Of a stretch of 64,000 nt of DNA, positions 1-12,800 are shown in pieces. The notes beneath the pieces were generated by a model. It made no database searches. It had not been told where the DNA came from and saw only the letters and a list, made by a program, of their open reading frames with translations. This stretch comes from Mobula hypostoma (Eukaryota), in NCBI RefSeq assembly GCF_963921235.1, contig NC_086109.1, positions 38,132,001 through 38,196,000 on the forward strand, written 5' to 3'. Position 1 is the stretch's first letter; each line of letters begins with the position of its first letter. The translations under genes were made by a program, and so were the position numbers.

Positions 1-1749
1 AGTGAGTACGTACCAGATATGCACATGTTATGTAAGCAAGGGAACACTTGAGTAAACTTCCAGAAAGGCATGAAATTACTCAGAAATGACTGCTGTCCTG
101 TTTCATTTTGGGAATTTTACGGTTTCAATGTTCTTGAGCTGAAACAAATAATGCTAGTCAATCAATTATAGCCATTATGCCGTGGTGCAGATTATTCTGG
201 TGTTGTGTTTAATGTGCAGTGGTATTTGTGTGACACCCATACATTTTACATGTATAGAGTATTACCAGAAGACCATTACCTTTAGAACTTAATGAAATTT
301 TTGAGTAGCTTTAACAAAGCGACTGTTCAGAACAGAGCGAGCAGTCATTTAGAAGCACCAATATAATCTGGTCTGATTTTCTGCTTTGTGAGAAGTGCAA
401 AAAGTTAGTGTTGGATCATCAGAGAAGCTGCAATTAGAGCTGATAATATCTTATGTGATATTATGTTAAAAGGAAGACATCTCAGCCCCACTGATGTACC
501 ACAGAGAAGAATGCTGGAACATTGACTCCTGAGAAACTCAAGTCTGTAGCACAGACAGTAGAGTATTGGCACATCAGGGAGAGTATTGTTATGTCAGATA
601 TTATATTAATTGTAATTACTCAACCTCATGAAAAGGTAGCCAGCACTGATTTAGGAATTCTGGTCCATTGCTATTTATTAAATCTGTGAGTCAGACTCAT
701 GTAGGGAGGGAACATGCGGTAAGGAGGTGAGACAACACATTTCCCATAAGCCAGTATATAATAATTGAGTTAGTGGAAGATCAGTCTACACCCATTTTCC
801 ATTGTTCAGGCATCCAGTGATTTCTACATAGGTCCTAAACCAAGACTTTTTATACCCATTGGCTCTGACTTATACAGACCAACAAGGAAGCTGACTTACA
901 ACGTCACCCAACACTTCAAATTCAGAACATTTGCTGTGTTTAATTCTCTTCATAAACTACATTCTTCCTTTCTTCATCTCTATAATCTACCTGAACCTTC
1001 TTTAACCTGCCAGTTCCCAGACTTTGATCTTTGATATTTCAATAAGAACTATAAATCAGAAACACTATTGAAACCAACTAATTGTCTTGCGCGGTTAGTC
1101 ACAGAAAAATTTATCATAATTTCATTAGGCATAAATTTCTATTCACTGAGAATATTATTATTAAAGCAGTCAGTGAAATATTCACATTAAATAATGAATT
1201 TTATTTTAAAAGAGAATATCCACTGGAAAATTAGTTAATGCGCAAAAGTAATTTTCTTTTCTGATTTCTATTTTCTTTATTTTTGGTTTGCAAGACAAGA
1301 ATGTACACTGGTGTGCCACAGCAACAAATATTTATAATCAATGTATGTATAAGCTATTTTATGTATTTATTGTGTTCTTTCTATAATTGTTGTGTTCTTT
1401 ATATTTTGTGTGTTAGTTGTGTTACATTGGATCTAGAGTAGCAATTATTTTGTTCTGCTTTACTCATGTACTGGAAATGATATTAAACAATCTTGAATTT
1501 TGAATCCAGTGTCAACATCTCTGAAGTTCTATCCTCGGCCCAACATATTGATGCAATTACAAGGAAGGCTAACCAGCATTTATATTTGATTAGGAGGTTG
1601 AAGAGATCTGTTATGTCACCGAAGACTCTATCAAATTTTTACAAGTAGAGCCTGGAGAGGATTCTGATTTGTATCACCATCTGGAATGGAGGCACCAATG
1701 TACAGGACTGGAAAAAGCTGCAGAGGGTTGTAAACTCAGCTGGCTCCAT

Positions 1750-2750
1750 TAAGTATTCAATATTTCATTAATATTTGAGGAATACTGTAAATATTTTGTT
1801 TGATTAGGCATTCTTGTTTATTTAACTAATTCATTACGGGTGGAGGATCAGCGAGATCTTGGGGTCCATGACCATAGGACACTCCAAGCTGCTGTGCAGG
1901 TTGATAGTGTTGTTAAGAAGGTGTATGGTGTGTTGCCCTTCATCAACCATGGGATTGATTCCAAGAGCCATGAGGTAATGTTAAAGCTATATAAGACCTT
2001 AGGTAGACCCCACTTGAAGTATTGTGTTCAGTTCTGGTCACCTCACTACTGGAAGGATGTGGATACTATAGAGAGAGTGCAGAGGAGATTTACAAGGATG
2101 TTGCCTGGATTGGAGAGTGTACCTTATAAGAATAGGTTGAGTGAACTCGGCCTTTTCTCCTTGGAGCGACAGAGGATAAGAGGTGACCTGATAGAGGTGT
2201 ATGAGATGATGAGAAGCGTTGATCATGTGGATAATCAGAGTCTTTTTCCCAGGGCCGAAATGGCTAACAGAAGGGGGCATAGTTTTAAGGTGCTTGGAGG
2301 TAGGTACAAGGGGAATGTCAGAGGTAAATTTTTCACACAAAGAGTGGTGGGTGCATGGAATGCATTGCCAGCAATGGTGGTAGGGGCAGATACAATAGGA
2401 TCTTTTAAGGGACTCTTTGACAGGTAAATGGAGCTTAGAAAAATAGAGTGCTATGCAGTAGGGAAATACTAGGCAGTTTCTAGAGTAGATTTCCATGTTT
2501 TATAAGTAAACGTACGTGAATGGTTTATGTCTCACAACCCCATGTCATACGTGCATCTCTCTTAAAGTAAATACGAAACTAAGATTTGCATTCACGACTC
2601 CATGTTATTGCTTCCAATTAGTTTTTTTTATTTTGGAGTAACAAAACATAACATGGGCAACAAGGATGGGATTTAAAATGAACTCAAGATGACTACCTAC
2701 CTGTTGAAATGCAGTGAGACGGTTGGGTTAACAAAAATTTCTCCTGCCAA
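1750..2750 (+). mobile_element. LTR-retrotransposon remnant: LTR ending TAACA at 2653, then a tRNA-Ser-type primer-binding site
   Basis: TAACA is followed by TGGGCAACAAGGATGGGATT (2654-2673). This resembles TGGCGACGAGGATGGGATT, the complement of a tRNA-Ser(GCT) 3' end recalled from memory, after CpG decay. Confidence 0.5.
1840..2497 (+). mobile_element. CR1 LINE 3' fragment (ORF2 C-terminus and 3' UTR)
   Basis: ORF 1840-2427 has typical CR1 C-terminal motifs: LYKTLGRPHLKYCVQFWSPH, ERVQRRFTRMLPGL, FFTQRVVGAWNALP. Confidence 0.9.
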
Positions 2751-2939
2751 CGGATTTCTGAACAGACCGTGAACCTATGAACACTACTTCACTTTTTGCA
2801 CACTGTTTGTAAAACTTATTACTTTTTAATATTACTTATTCTCACGTATAGTGATTAATTTTATGCATTTCTCTACTGTCACAAAACAACAGATTTCACA
2901 ACATATATCAGTGATAATAAACCTGATTCTGTGTTGATT

Positions 2940-4357
2940 TATTATTGTCATGGGTGACTTCCCTATTATTGATTAGCACTTGTTTAGTGAAAAAGGTTTA
3001 GATGGACCAGAATTTTTTAGTCTGTTTGTTTGTTAGGAAGGATTCTAGGCATAATATTTGGACAGGCCATCTGCACAAAAAGCCATGCTGGATCTAGTAC
3101 TAGGTAATGACTCCAGTCAGGTGACAGATCTTCCAGTGGGTGAGCATTTCAGAGATAGTGACCAGAACTGGTATGGGAAGGTATTTAAATAGGGTAAGTC
3201 TAATTACAAGATTATTAGGCAGGAACTTGGAAGCATAAATTGGGAGCAGGTTTTCTCAGCAAAGTGAACAACATAAATGTGGAGGTTGTTTAGGCGCAAA
3301 CAACAGGAATTCTGCAGATGCTGGAAATTCAAGCAACACACATCAAAGTAGGGTTCACTTGCATAGCGTTATGGGTAGGTTTGTTCCATTGAGACAGGGG
3401 AAGTATGGAAGAGTAAAGGAACCGTGGTTGGCAAGAGAGGTGGAACATCTAGTTAAGAGGAAGGAAGAGGCATAGTTAAGATTTAGTACAAGGATCAAAC
3501 AGTACTGTTGAGATTCATAAGGTAGCCAGGAAGGAGCTAAAAGAAGGGACTTAGGAAAGATTGCCAGGGATATGAGAAGGTTTTAATGAGTAGGATTAAG
3601 AAAAGCCGTAAGGCATTCTACATGTATGTGAAGAAGAGGAGGACGAAGGAAGACTGAGGGTAGAACCACTCAGAAGTAATGAGGGAAACATATGCCTGGA
3701 GTCAGAGAGGTAGGAGAGGTCCCGAATGAATACTTTGCCTCAATGTTCACCAGTGAGTGGGAGCCGTGCTGAATGTGAGGTCAGCCTAGAACAGGCGAAT
3801 GTGCTGGAGCATGTTTAGGTTAAGAAAGAGACAGTAGTGAATTGTAATTAGTTCTGGTCACCTCATTCTAGGAAGGATGTGGAAGTATTAGAGAGGATGC
3901 AGAGGAGATTAATTGAGAAACTGCCTGGATTGGAAGACATGTCTAATGGGAAAAGTTTGAGCGAGCTAGGGCTTTTCTCTTTGAAGAAAAGGAGGCTTAA
4001 CAGAGGTTTACAAGATGATAAGAGGCAAAGGAGGACTGGTAAGCCAGAGACTTTTTCCTAGGGCTAATACCAGAGGACATGCTTTTAAGGTGAGTAAAGT
4101 TTAGAAGGGATGTCAGAGGTAAGCAATTTACATAGAGTCATAGGTGCCTAGAATGCACTGCCAAAGGTGGTGGTAGAAGCAGATATTTTAGGGACATTTA
4201 AAAGACACTTATAGATAGGCACATGGATAAAACAAAAATGGAGCTGTGCAGGAGGGAAGGATTAGATTGATCGAGGAGTCAGTTAAAAAGTTAAGAAGTC
4301 AGCACAACATTGTGGGCCAAAGAGCCACAACTGTGTTGTACTGCTCTCTGTTCTATA
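2940..4357 (+). mobile_element. Degenerate, internally deleted CR1 LINE, with a ~55-bp Penelope terminal fragment inserted at ~3295-3349
   Basis: atgggtgacttc (endonuclease MGDF), ctggatctagtactaggtaatga, ORF 3879-4061 (LERMQRRL..LPGL), CR1-type 3' UTR. Confidence 0.8.
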
Positions 4358-4519
4358 TTAGCACACTAAGATTTCTAGCCATCTAAAATTCTATCACCTT
4401 TTCTGCAAAATCATTGATCTTTAAGAAGCAGTTTTGGATAGTCTGAGAATGCAGAATCTTCTGCCACCTAGTGGCAATTTTCAGTTATGTACTGTGTTGA
4501 CCAGCTTTATTCAAAGGCT

Positions 4520-5455
4520 CAAAGGTTCACTGTACATTTATTATCAAAGTATGTATGTTGTATAGACAGCCATGAAACAAAGAAAACCCTGGAACACATT
4601 CAAGTAAAACATCAAACCCCACTGTCCAGCATGCAAAAAAAAAACAATTTGTGCAAACAGCAGAAAAGAAAAAAGAACGAGTGAGAAAAAGAATATAAAA
4701 CACAAATTGGAAAATCCAGGTACACTTAGTTCAGCTCAGTTAATTTCAATGCAGCTCTGTGCTGTTCATTATCTGCAGGCTGCCCCGATCAAAATCGCCC
4801 ACAATAGCAATAAAAAAAGGAGCAACTGGAAAGTGGAACCACATCATAATGTATTCTCCAGAGTCCAAACCACAAACCACATAGATCAAACCTTGTCCCA
4901 GACCCAGGACTCCAGCACAATTCTCTGGCATCAAGCGAGAGGGAGAGAGACCATTCGAAAGCACGGACCTCCCTCTGGGAGCAGTGAGAGGGAGAGAGAC
5001 CATTCGAAAGCACGGACCTCCCTCTGGGAGCAGCGAGAGAGAGAGAGAGAGGGCGGGAGGGTGTCACATGCAGACACCTTCTGTCAGCAGCAGCAAGCAA
5101 GAAGCTGGTGGATGGTGTTGAACACCTGATGATGCCTCGAAGCTCATGCTTTGATCAGCAAGATCGGTGAAATTGAGTCAATTATGGGCTCGGGCCCCAT
5201 CTGCAGACTTCTTGGCCTCAAGGATGCACGTTTTACCTGAAGCCTCAACGAGCACCTTCTGAGACAGCAAAGTGCCAGATTGCTCATTGGCCTGAAACCA
5301 CACCACCAAAGTGTAGACCATAGGCTCCAACAGTAGCAGAACCACTTTTGAAAGAAAAAGAATGTGTAACAGAAGTGAAAGAAGTTGTCTCGTGACCCGT
5401 CTGGAGGATGTCACTCTTGGTCGCGTTGTTCGCTGGCGTCATCTTCTTCCGACCT
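4520..5455 (-). repeat. Non-coding interspersed repeat, probably an internally deleted LINE derivative, with an internal ~43-bp tandem duplication (~4937-5040)
   Basis: Tail-like end resembles 54660-54720 (tttattatcaaagta). The other end reads GAAGAAGATGACGCC on the minus strand. The unit gagagggagagagaccattcgaaagcacggacctccctctgggagcag is duplicated. Confidence 0.45.
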
Positions 5456-5629
5456 TCTTCAGATAATTTTTTGGACCATTGCATAACTTGTTGTTATAAA
5501 AGGAATATTCTAACATCAATTAATATCTGGACATACTAAATACAATATTCAGTGCCTTAATTACAAAATATCTGGAAGTAACATTTAATGTTGTGCAACA
5601 TGTATGGTTTTGCACATTCCAGATTGGGG

Positions 5630-6450
5630 GAATCAGGTGTGGAGAGAGTCAATACTTTAAAATTCCTGAGCATTAACATACTGGTTCACCTTTCCTGTTC
5701 CCAGTATAACAGATACAATCACAAGGAAGGTATTCCTGTATCTTTACTTCCTTTGGTTTGTCACCAAACACTCTAACAAACTTAGATGTACTGTATAGAT
5801 ATACTGTTCAAAGTATCCTGACTGGTTGCATTATGGTTTAATATGGCACTTTGAATGTGCAGGATTGTAAGAAGCTGCAGAGAGTAATGGAATCTGCCCA
5901 TTACAATACAGACACATTCCTTTCTATCACTAGTAATATCCTCAAAGAGGCAATATCCAAGATGACCACCATCTGGGCCATGCCATCTTCTCACAGCTAC
6001 CATTAGGAGGAATATAGAAGCCTGAAGTCCAATACCATCAGATTCAATAACAGCTACTTCATTCAACTTAACAACAGGAATTCTGCAGATGCTGGAAATT
6101 CAAGCAACACACATCAAAGTTGCTGGTAAACGCAGCAGGCCAGGCAGCATCTCTAGGAAGAGTTTCAGTCGATGTTTCAGCTTCATTCAACTATTTGTTT
6201 CTTGAACCATGTGGCAGGACCCTAATCCTGACAGTTTAGCTGCACTTTGTCTACTTCAAACACTCTGCACTAAAATGATTTTTTTATTTGTTAAAGTTAT
6301 GCACAACTTATGTTTAATTTGTGATTTTTTTGTGAATGCTGCCAATATGATTCTATGTGCCTGTGATGCTGCTAAAAGTAAATTTATCATTGCATTCGTG
6401 CATACTTGTACTTGCGCATATGAAATAATCTCTATTTTAATTTTGACTGT
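5630..6450 (+). mobile_element. Degenerate Rex1-like LINE 3' fragment
   Basis: gtggagagagtcaatactttaaaattcctg and aagaagctgcagagagtaatgg are colinear with 43600-44060. Confidence 0.65.
6069..6180 (-). mobile_element. 112-bp Penelope terminal fragment with a 12-bp target-site duplication
   Basis: Matches the Penelope end at 15034-15145. CTTCATTCAACT occurs at both 6057-6068 and 6181-6192. Confidence 0.75.
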
Positions 6451-8322
6451 CATCACGGGAAAGTGCTGTAAATTAACATTGGTTGTGATTTAAAGATAAT
6501 ACAGCTCCTGGTTAAATCTGTGCTAAATTATGGCCATAACACACTTTCCCTTTAAAAACTAAAACAAAATTCGTCTGGCTAAATATTTCAAAGGAATCTC
6601 CATTTTAGTTTATTTTGCTAATATGGTAGGATAACTCCTGATACCTTTAAAACACAAATGAAGTTTAAAGTAGTTAGATATTTCATAACCTCCCTGCTGC
6701 ACTTTCTATCCTCCCCTGCTCCACTACAAACAGATTTCCAACAACTACCCACTCTATGCCCCCTAACATCCTCAATTTTGCAGGTTAGTTTCTTTTATTT
6801 CATCTGATATCTGGTAAGGATGTGTATTTGCAATATTGTTTCACTGAATGGACCATCCAGACCAATTACTGAAATACTATTTCTTGCCTTAGTTTTAGGA
6901 AACAATACCTTGTCTTTGTATGGAGTATCTACTACAGGGATACTTTTAAGAGAAAAATATATAACCAATTAAAGAAGAAATAAATATGAATGAAGTGTCA
7001 AATTCAGACTGGATTTTATTATGGATTGCTCGAGCAAAGGGCTACCATTGCTAAAATGGATTAGATAACCCCTTTCTTTTATGAAAACCGCTACTGTTCT
7101 GCTGTTTTAATGATATTGTTCTTCATTTAACAATCTTAATATTGCAGTATACAGTAGTTCTCATGAAGATGATGATAATGTTTTCATACTTTATTTCATT
7201 CACATTCAAATTTAATATTTCTTGCAGCATCTTGAAATTTGTTGTTTTGTAGCAGTACAGTGCAAGGCATAAACATTACTAAAATTCATAAAATAAAAGT
7301 TTTATTTTTCATAGAAATTAGATTATGTGGGGACCATTATTATTTGAAGTATAATACATCGATAATAACTTCCACTCCACCCCAATTTGTGACCTTATTT
7401 TGCAGATTTCAAAACTCACTGTTCACCCAAATCCATTTCTCAGCCAACCAATTAAACCCTACTGCTAATCAGTCATTCCAGAGACCAATCCCCACCTCAG
7501 CAATCACATTACCAGCTGCTTATCTGATCCTCACTACCCTATTCCTTCTTGATACTCGCCTGGGGATGCAGCTGAGGCCCCAGGGCTAATGGATATTATT
7601 CACATTCTGTGAAGCTTTAACTTGTATAAGGACGGCCTCTTACATAAGACATCCAATCCACTGGATTTCAAAAGTGATGGACACAAAATCAAAGCAGTTA
7701 TTGGGCCATTGCAGAATGATCATTTAACATTCCCCTGCAGGCCCTACAGAAACTCTAGCCAACTCCTTTTAAGGAGTAAATTTTCATCTCTGCTTTCTGT
7801 GCTTCAAGTGTTACTTAGCTAATGTAAGGAAAGAAAAGTTAGGTGAGGAGAATAGTTTACCTAAATCTGTCCAACTTTATGTTTGTGAAAGGAAGGAAAA
7901 CTTTGCCTCAGGCAACACCCTTTCTCTATTAATTTTCCTCCCTACATATCAGACTGCCAAACTTTTACATCTACACACTGCAGAGGAAAAAATAAGCTCA
8001 TGTATTTCAATTATTATCCTGTAGAAATATACAACCAAGAACAATTGATACTTAATTATTTATTAGAATCAGATTTAATATTTCTTGCAGCATCTTGAGA
8101 TTCGTTGTTTTGTAGCAGTACAGTGCAAGGCATAAACCTTACTAAAATTCACAAAATAATAGTGCAAAAGACAAATGACAAGGTAGTGTTCATGAGTTCA
8201 TGGAGCATTCAGAAATCTGATGGAGAGGAAGAAGCTATTCCTAAGACATTGAGTGTCGGTCATCAGGTTCCCATACCTCTTCCCCAATGGTATTAATGCA
8301 AAAAAAGGCATGTCTCAAATGG

Positions 8323-8845
8323 TAACACACATAAAAGTTGCTAGTGAACGCAGCAGGCCAGGCAGCATCTATAGGAAGAGGTACAGTCGACGTTTCAGGC
8401 CGAGACCCTTCATCTCCGGGGGTGGGGGGAGTGATGAAGTAAAGAGCTTTGAAGTTGATGGTGAAAAAGACACAGTGCTGGAGAAGGGGGTGTCCGATAG
8501 GAGCAAACAGAAGGCCACGGAAGAAAGCAAAGGGGGGAGGAGCACCAGAGGGAGGCAATGAGCAGGCAGGGAGATAAGGTGAGAGAGGGAAAAGGGAATG
8601 GGGAGAGGCCATTACTAGAAGTTCAAGAAATCAGTGTTCACGTCATCAGGTTGGAGGCTATCCAGACGGAACATAGGGTGTTGTTCCTCCAACCTGAGTA
8701 TGGCCTCATTGCAACAGTAGAGGAGGCCATAGATTGACATATGGGAATGAGAAGTGGAATTAAAATGGGTGGCCACTGGGAGATCCCACTTCTTCTGTGT
8801 GTATTGCTTGGATTTCCAACATCTGCCGATTTTCTCTTGTTTGTA
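8323..8845 (-). mobile_element. Penelope-like 3' fragment with a truncated hammerhead motif
   Basis: Colinear with 15075-15750; cagtcgacgtttcaggccgagacccttcatc at ~8384-8414. Confidence 0.8.
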
Positions 8846-9840
8846 ATTGAAATTGTATATTTAGTAATACCAATTCATTACCTGTGCCCAAAAGAACAAG
8901 GAAATATTTTGATATTCATCACTTTCCAGAACACTAACTGCCGGGTATTTTCCTTAGTGATGCTGCCAGTTTTGCACTTGGACATTACTATCTACTTTTG
9001 TCAGCGTCATACTGTCAACCTTGGAGAAGTGTACAAATATTCAATGGTCTAAGCTTCAGTGATCTTCAGGAGACTCCCCCTCACTGATCTGATTTTTCAA
9101 ATGGAAGTGTAAAAATCCATCCTCAGTGCCAGAGGCGTGTAGTTCTTTTCATCTTTCCTCATGTTCACACCTACTGCTTTTAATTTCTCTCATCTATGTG
9201 CATTATAATTTAACAAAGGCAGGCAAAGTTTTGCAAATGATAGTTAATAAATAGCGTCTGAATTAGCTCAAATACTACTGCTGCCTTTTTGCTTTCTCGA
9301 AGGCAAATGGTTTCCCAATCAATAGAGAATCAGTGTCTACATCACACCTCAGTGTCCATGAAACTTCCATTTAACGTCAAGTTAATGTACAATAATGAGG
9401 GAATGTCTTGATAGCAAGAGATAGATCACAATAATTCACCTCTACAGTGAACCTTCTATGACATTAGAAAAAGTCACAAGCCTACATGTAGATAATGAGC
9501 AAATTCATATCTTGATGCAAATTTCAACCCTGTGATAAAATTCAATGGAAAATGTTGAGGCATTTGATCTTCCTTTAAGATAACAGTTTAATGTAAATGG
9601 TTGTGCATGAAGTGGCAAGCTAATTCAGAATCAGATTTATAATCACTGATATATATGGTATGAAATTTGTTGTTTTGAAGCAGTACAGTACAAAGACATA
9701 ATAAATTACTATGAATTACAAAAATAATGAGGTAATGTTCATGGATTCATGGAGCATTCAGAAATCTGATGGCAGAGGGAAAGACGTGGTTTCTGAAACA
9801 GTAACCTTTAGTCTTCAGGCTCCCGTACCTCCTCTCCAAT

Positions 9841-12800
9841 GTCTCTTCTCTCTTCAGTTGTCCATTGAAATCTGATGACAGCGTCCACTCCTTTAACGGT
9901 GAGATCTTTGATGATTATACAGTCCTATCCTGGACCCACAAGCTCTATTGCAGGTGGGACATGTATATGTGGTAGTGCTGGTGGTAGTGGTGGCAAACAT
10001 GGCTGCATTTCTCTTGGCTCTCTTCTGCTATCTTCTGGTTGTTCTTTCCATCTCCAGAATACGAACCCCATCCCTACACATCTGTCGCCAAGTGGTACGG
10101 TCAGCAGCAACCTCCTCCAGGACCTCGGGTCTGATCTTGCACTTCCTTAAAGCATTTTTCATCTGATCCTTATAGCGCTTCGGCCTTCCAGCTGAGTGTT
10201 GACCATGATGTAGCTGGCCGTGCTTTGCGGGGTAGCCGACATGGGGGCATCCTTATCACATGCCCCAGCCACTGCAGCTGACGCTGGGTGATCAAGGCCT
10301 CGATACTCCTGCAGTTGGTCTTTACAAGTATTTCAGTGTGAGGCACCCGCTCACGCCAGGTAATTCCCAGGATGCGCTGGAGGCAGCTTGTGTGGAAGTG
10401 CTCCAAGGACTTGATGTGACGGCTGTAGGTTACCCAAACTTCACAGCTATAAAGGAGGGTGGTGACACAGACCGCTTTGTATACAGCGACCTTTGTGGAG
10501 GGACGAAGGCTCCTGTTCTGAAAGACTCTATGCTGAAGTCTCCCAAAGGCAGCTGATGCCTGTTTAATGCATCTCTGGATGTCGTTGTCAATGCCGTTGT
10601 CCTCAGAGAGAATGCTCCCCAGATACTTGAAAGATGGCACTACTGACAGCTTTTCATCACCAACAGTGAAGGCAGGTAGAGTGGGTGGGACACTGGCACT
10701 CCACTGGCAAACCACTTCTGTCTTGGTGGTATTGACAGTCAGCCCCATCCTGCTGTACGCTCTCACTGCCACAGCAGGGACAGTCTGAACATCCTCTGGA
10801 GTATGGGCCACAAGAGCACAGTCATCTGCATTCTGCAGCTCCTGGACCCATTCTCTACAGAGCTTAGTGGTTGCGTGAAGCCTCCTGATGTCAAAGAGGT
10901 TGCCATCTAATCTGACGTCCACTGCCACACCGCTGCTGTCTTTAATCTCGTTGTGAAGAAGCTTGGTAACACACAAGTGGAAGATGTTAAAGAGCACTGG
11001 TGCTAGCACATACCCCTGCCTCACCCCTGTGTGTACAAGAAAGGGCTTGGACTCTTGTCCTCCTGTGGTCACCCGAGCAGTCATCCCATCGTGGAACTGG
11101 CAGAGGATGTTAACAAATTTATTGGGACAGCCAAACCTAAGGAGGACATCCCATAAGAGCTCTCTTTGCACAGTGTCAAATGCTTTGGAGAGGTCGACAA
11201 AGGCCTTAAATAGGTCCTGATGTTGCTCCTGGCACTTTTCCTGAAGCTGCCGGGCTGTAAAGATCAAGTCGATCGTGCTCCTGTTCTTCCTAAATCCACA
11301 CTGCGGTTCAGGCAGCATTGACTCGGTGATGTTGCTGATGAGTCTCTGAAGCATCACCTTAGCCAGGACCATTCCAGCAACAGAAAGTAGTGATATGCCC
11401 CTACTATTGCCGCAGATAGCCTTGTCACCCTTGTTCTTATGAATGACAAGGATGTTTGCATTTCTCCATTGCTGTGGGATGTTCTCATCAGTCCAGGCCC
11501 TGGTGATGTACTGGTAGAGGGTGCGCATACACATGTACCCTCCGTTCTTCAGTAACTCAGTAGGGATATTGTCAGTGCCAGGGGGCTTGTTGTTCTTAAG
11601 GGAATGGACAGCTGATAGAACCTCCTGGAAGGTCAGTGGTAGACTGAGGTCGTGGACAGGAGGAAGTTCAGGCAGTTCGTCCAGGATGGTGGAGTCTGCA
11701 TCAGAGTCCTGATTAAGCAGGGTGTTAAAATGCTCAGCCCACCTCAGCAGAATGGTATTCTGATTCTTCAGAAGTGTTAGACCATCTGCTGTTTTCAGGG
11801 GTGTAACACATCAATTTTTTGGGCCGTAGATGGTTTTGACAGCATTGTAAAAATTATGCATGTCATTATTATCAGCAAAGGACTGGATTTCATGTGCCTT
11901 TTCAGTCCACCATCGTTCTGTACGGCCTGTATTGCCTTTTGCACTTTCCTCCGAGCTGCCTGCCAATGCTGTCTGACGCTGGTGGATGACGGGTTGTCTA
12001 AAGTTGCCCAGTGTGCCTTGTGCATGTCCTTAAGCAAGTTGTGGATGGTGTCTGAGTTATTGTCAAACCAGTCTTGGTGGTTACTGCTCTTATGGCCGAT
12101 GGATTGGGCTGCTGCCTCACAGAGCGCAGAGCTGATATTGGTCCACTGTTGTTCCATGGTATTTTCTGAGCTCAAACAAGGTTTCAACTCCCTTAGTTTC
12201 TCAGCTAGAATGCATTGAAACTCACTTCTTCCTTCTGTGTTTCTCAGGCGGTTGCAATTTAGCCGCTTTTTATTGGGTTTTTGCAGCCACAAAGGGAGAT
12301 GCATTTTCATATGGAGCTTGGCCACAATCATAGGGTGGTCAGTCCAGCACTCTGCACCTCTCATGGCACGGGTGATGAGAACATCCTTGATGTCACTACG
12401 TCTCACAATGATGAAGTCGATCATGTGCCAATGTTTAGAGCGAGGGTGCATCCATGAGGTGGTATATTTTGCCTTCTGCTGGAAGATGGTGTTGGTTATG
12501 GTAGGGTTATGCTCAGAACAAAGAGTAAGTAGCCTCATGCCATTTGCATTCACCTTGCCAATACCATGCCTACCTAGCACTCCACTCCATATCCTGTTGT
12601 TCTGTCCCACCCTAGCATTGAAGTCCCCAAGCAAAAGGATCTTATCATTCTTAGGGATCCGGCAAAGAGCTTCATCCAATGTCTGATAAAGGCCTTCCTT
12701 GGCCTCATTCTCAGATGGCAAAGTTGATGCATAGGCATCGAGAAGCGTGGCATAACGTTTTTTTTTTGCCGGGGGATATGGAGGGTCATTTGTCTTTCAC

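Larger units (their letters stand above)
1500..2930 (+). mobile_element. Old Rex1-like LINE 3' fragment (about 1500-1750 and 2750-2930), interrupted by an LTR remnant that is itself interrupted by a CR1
   Basis: Resembles the Rex1-like copies at 43266-44290 and 5630-6450 (aagctgcagagggttgtaaactcagc; 3' end gataataaacctgattctg). Confidence 0.55.
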
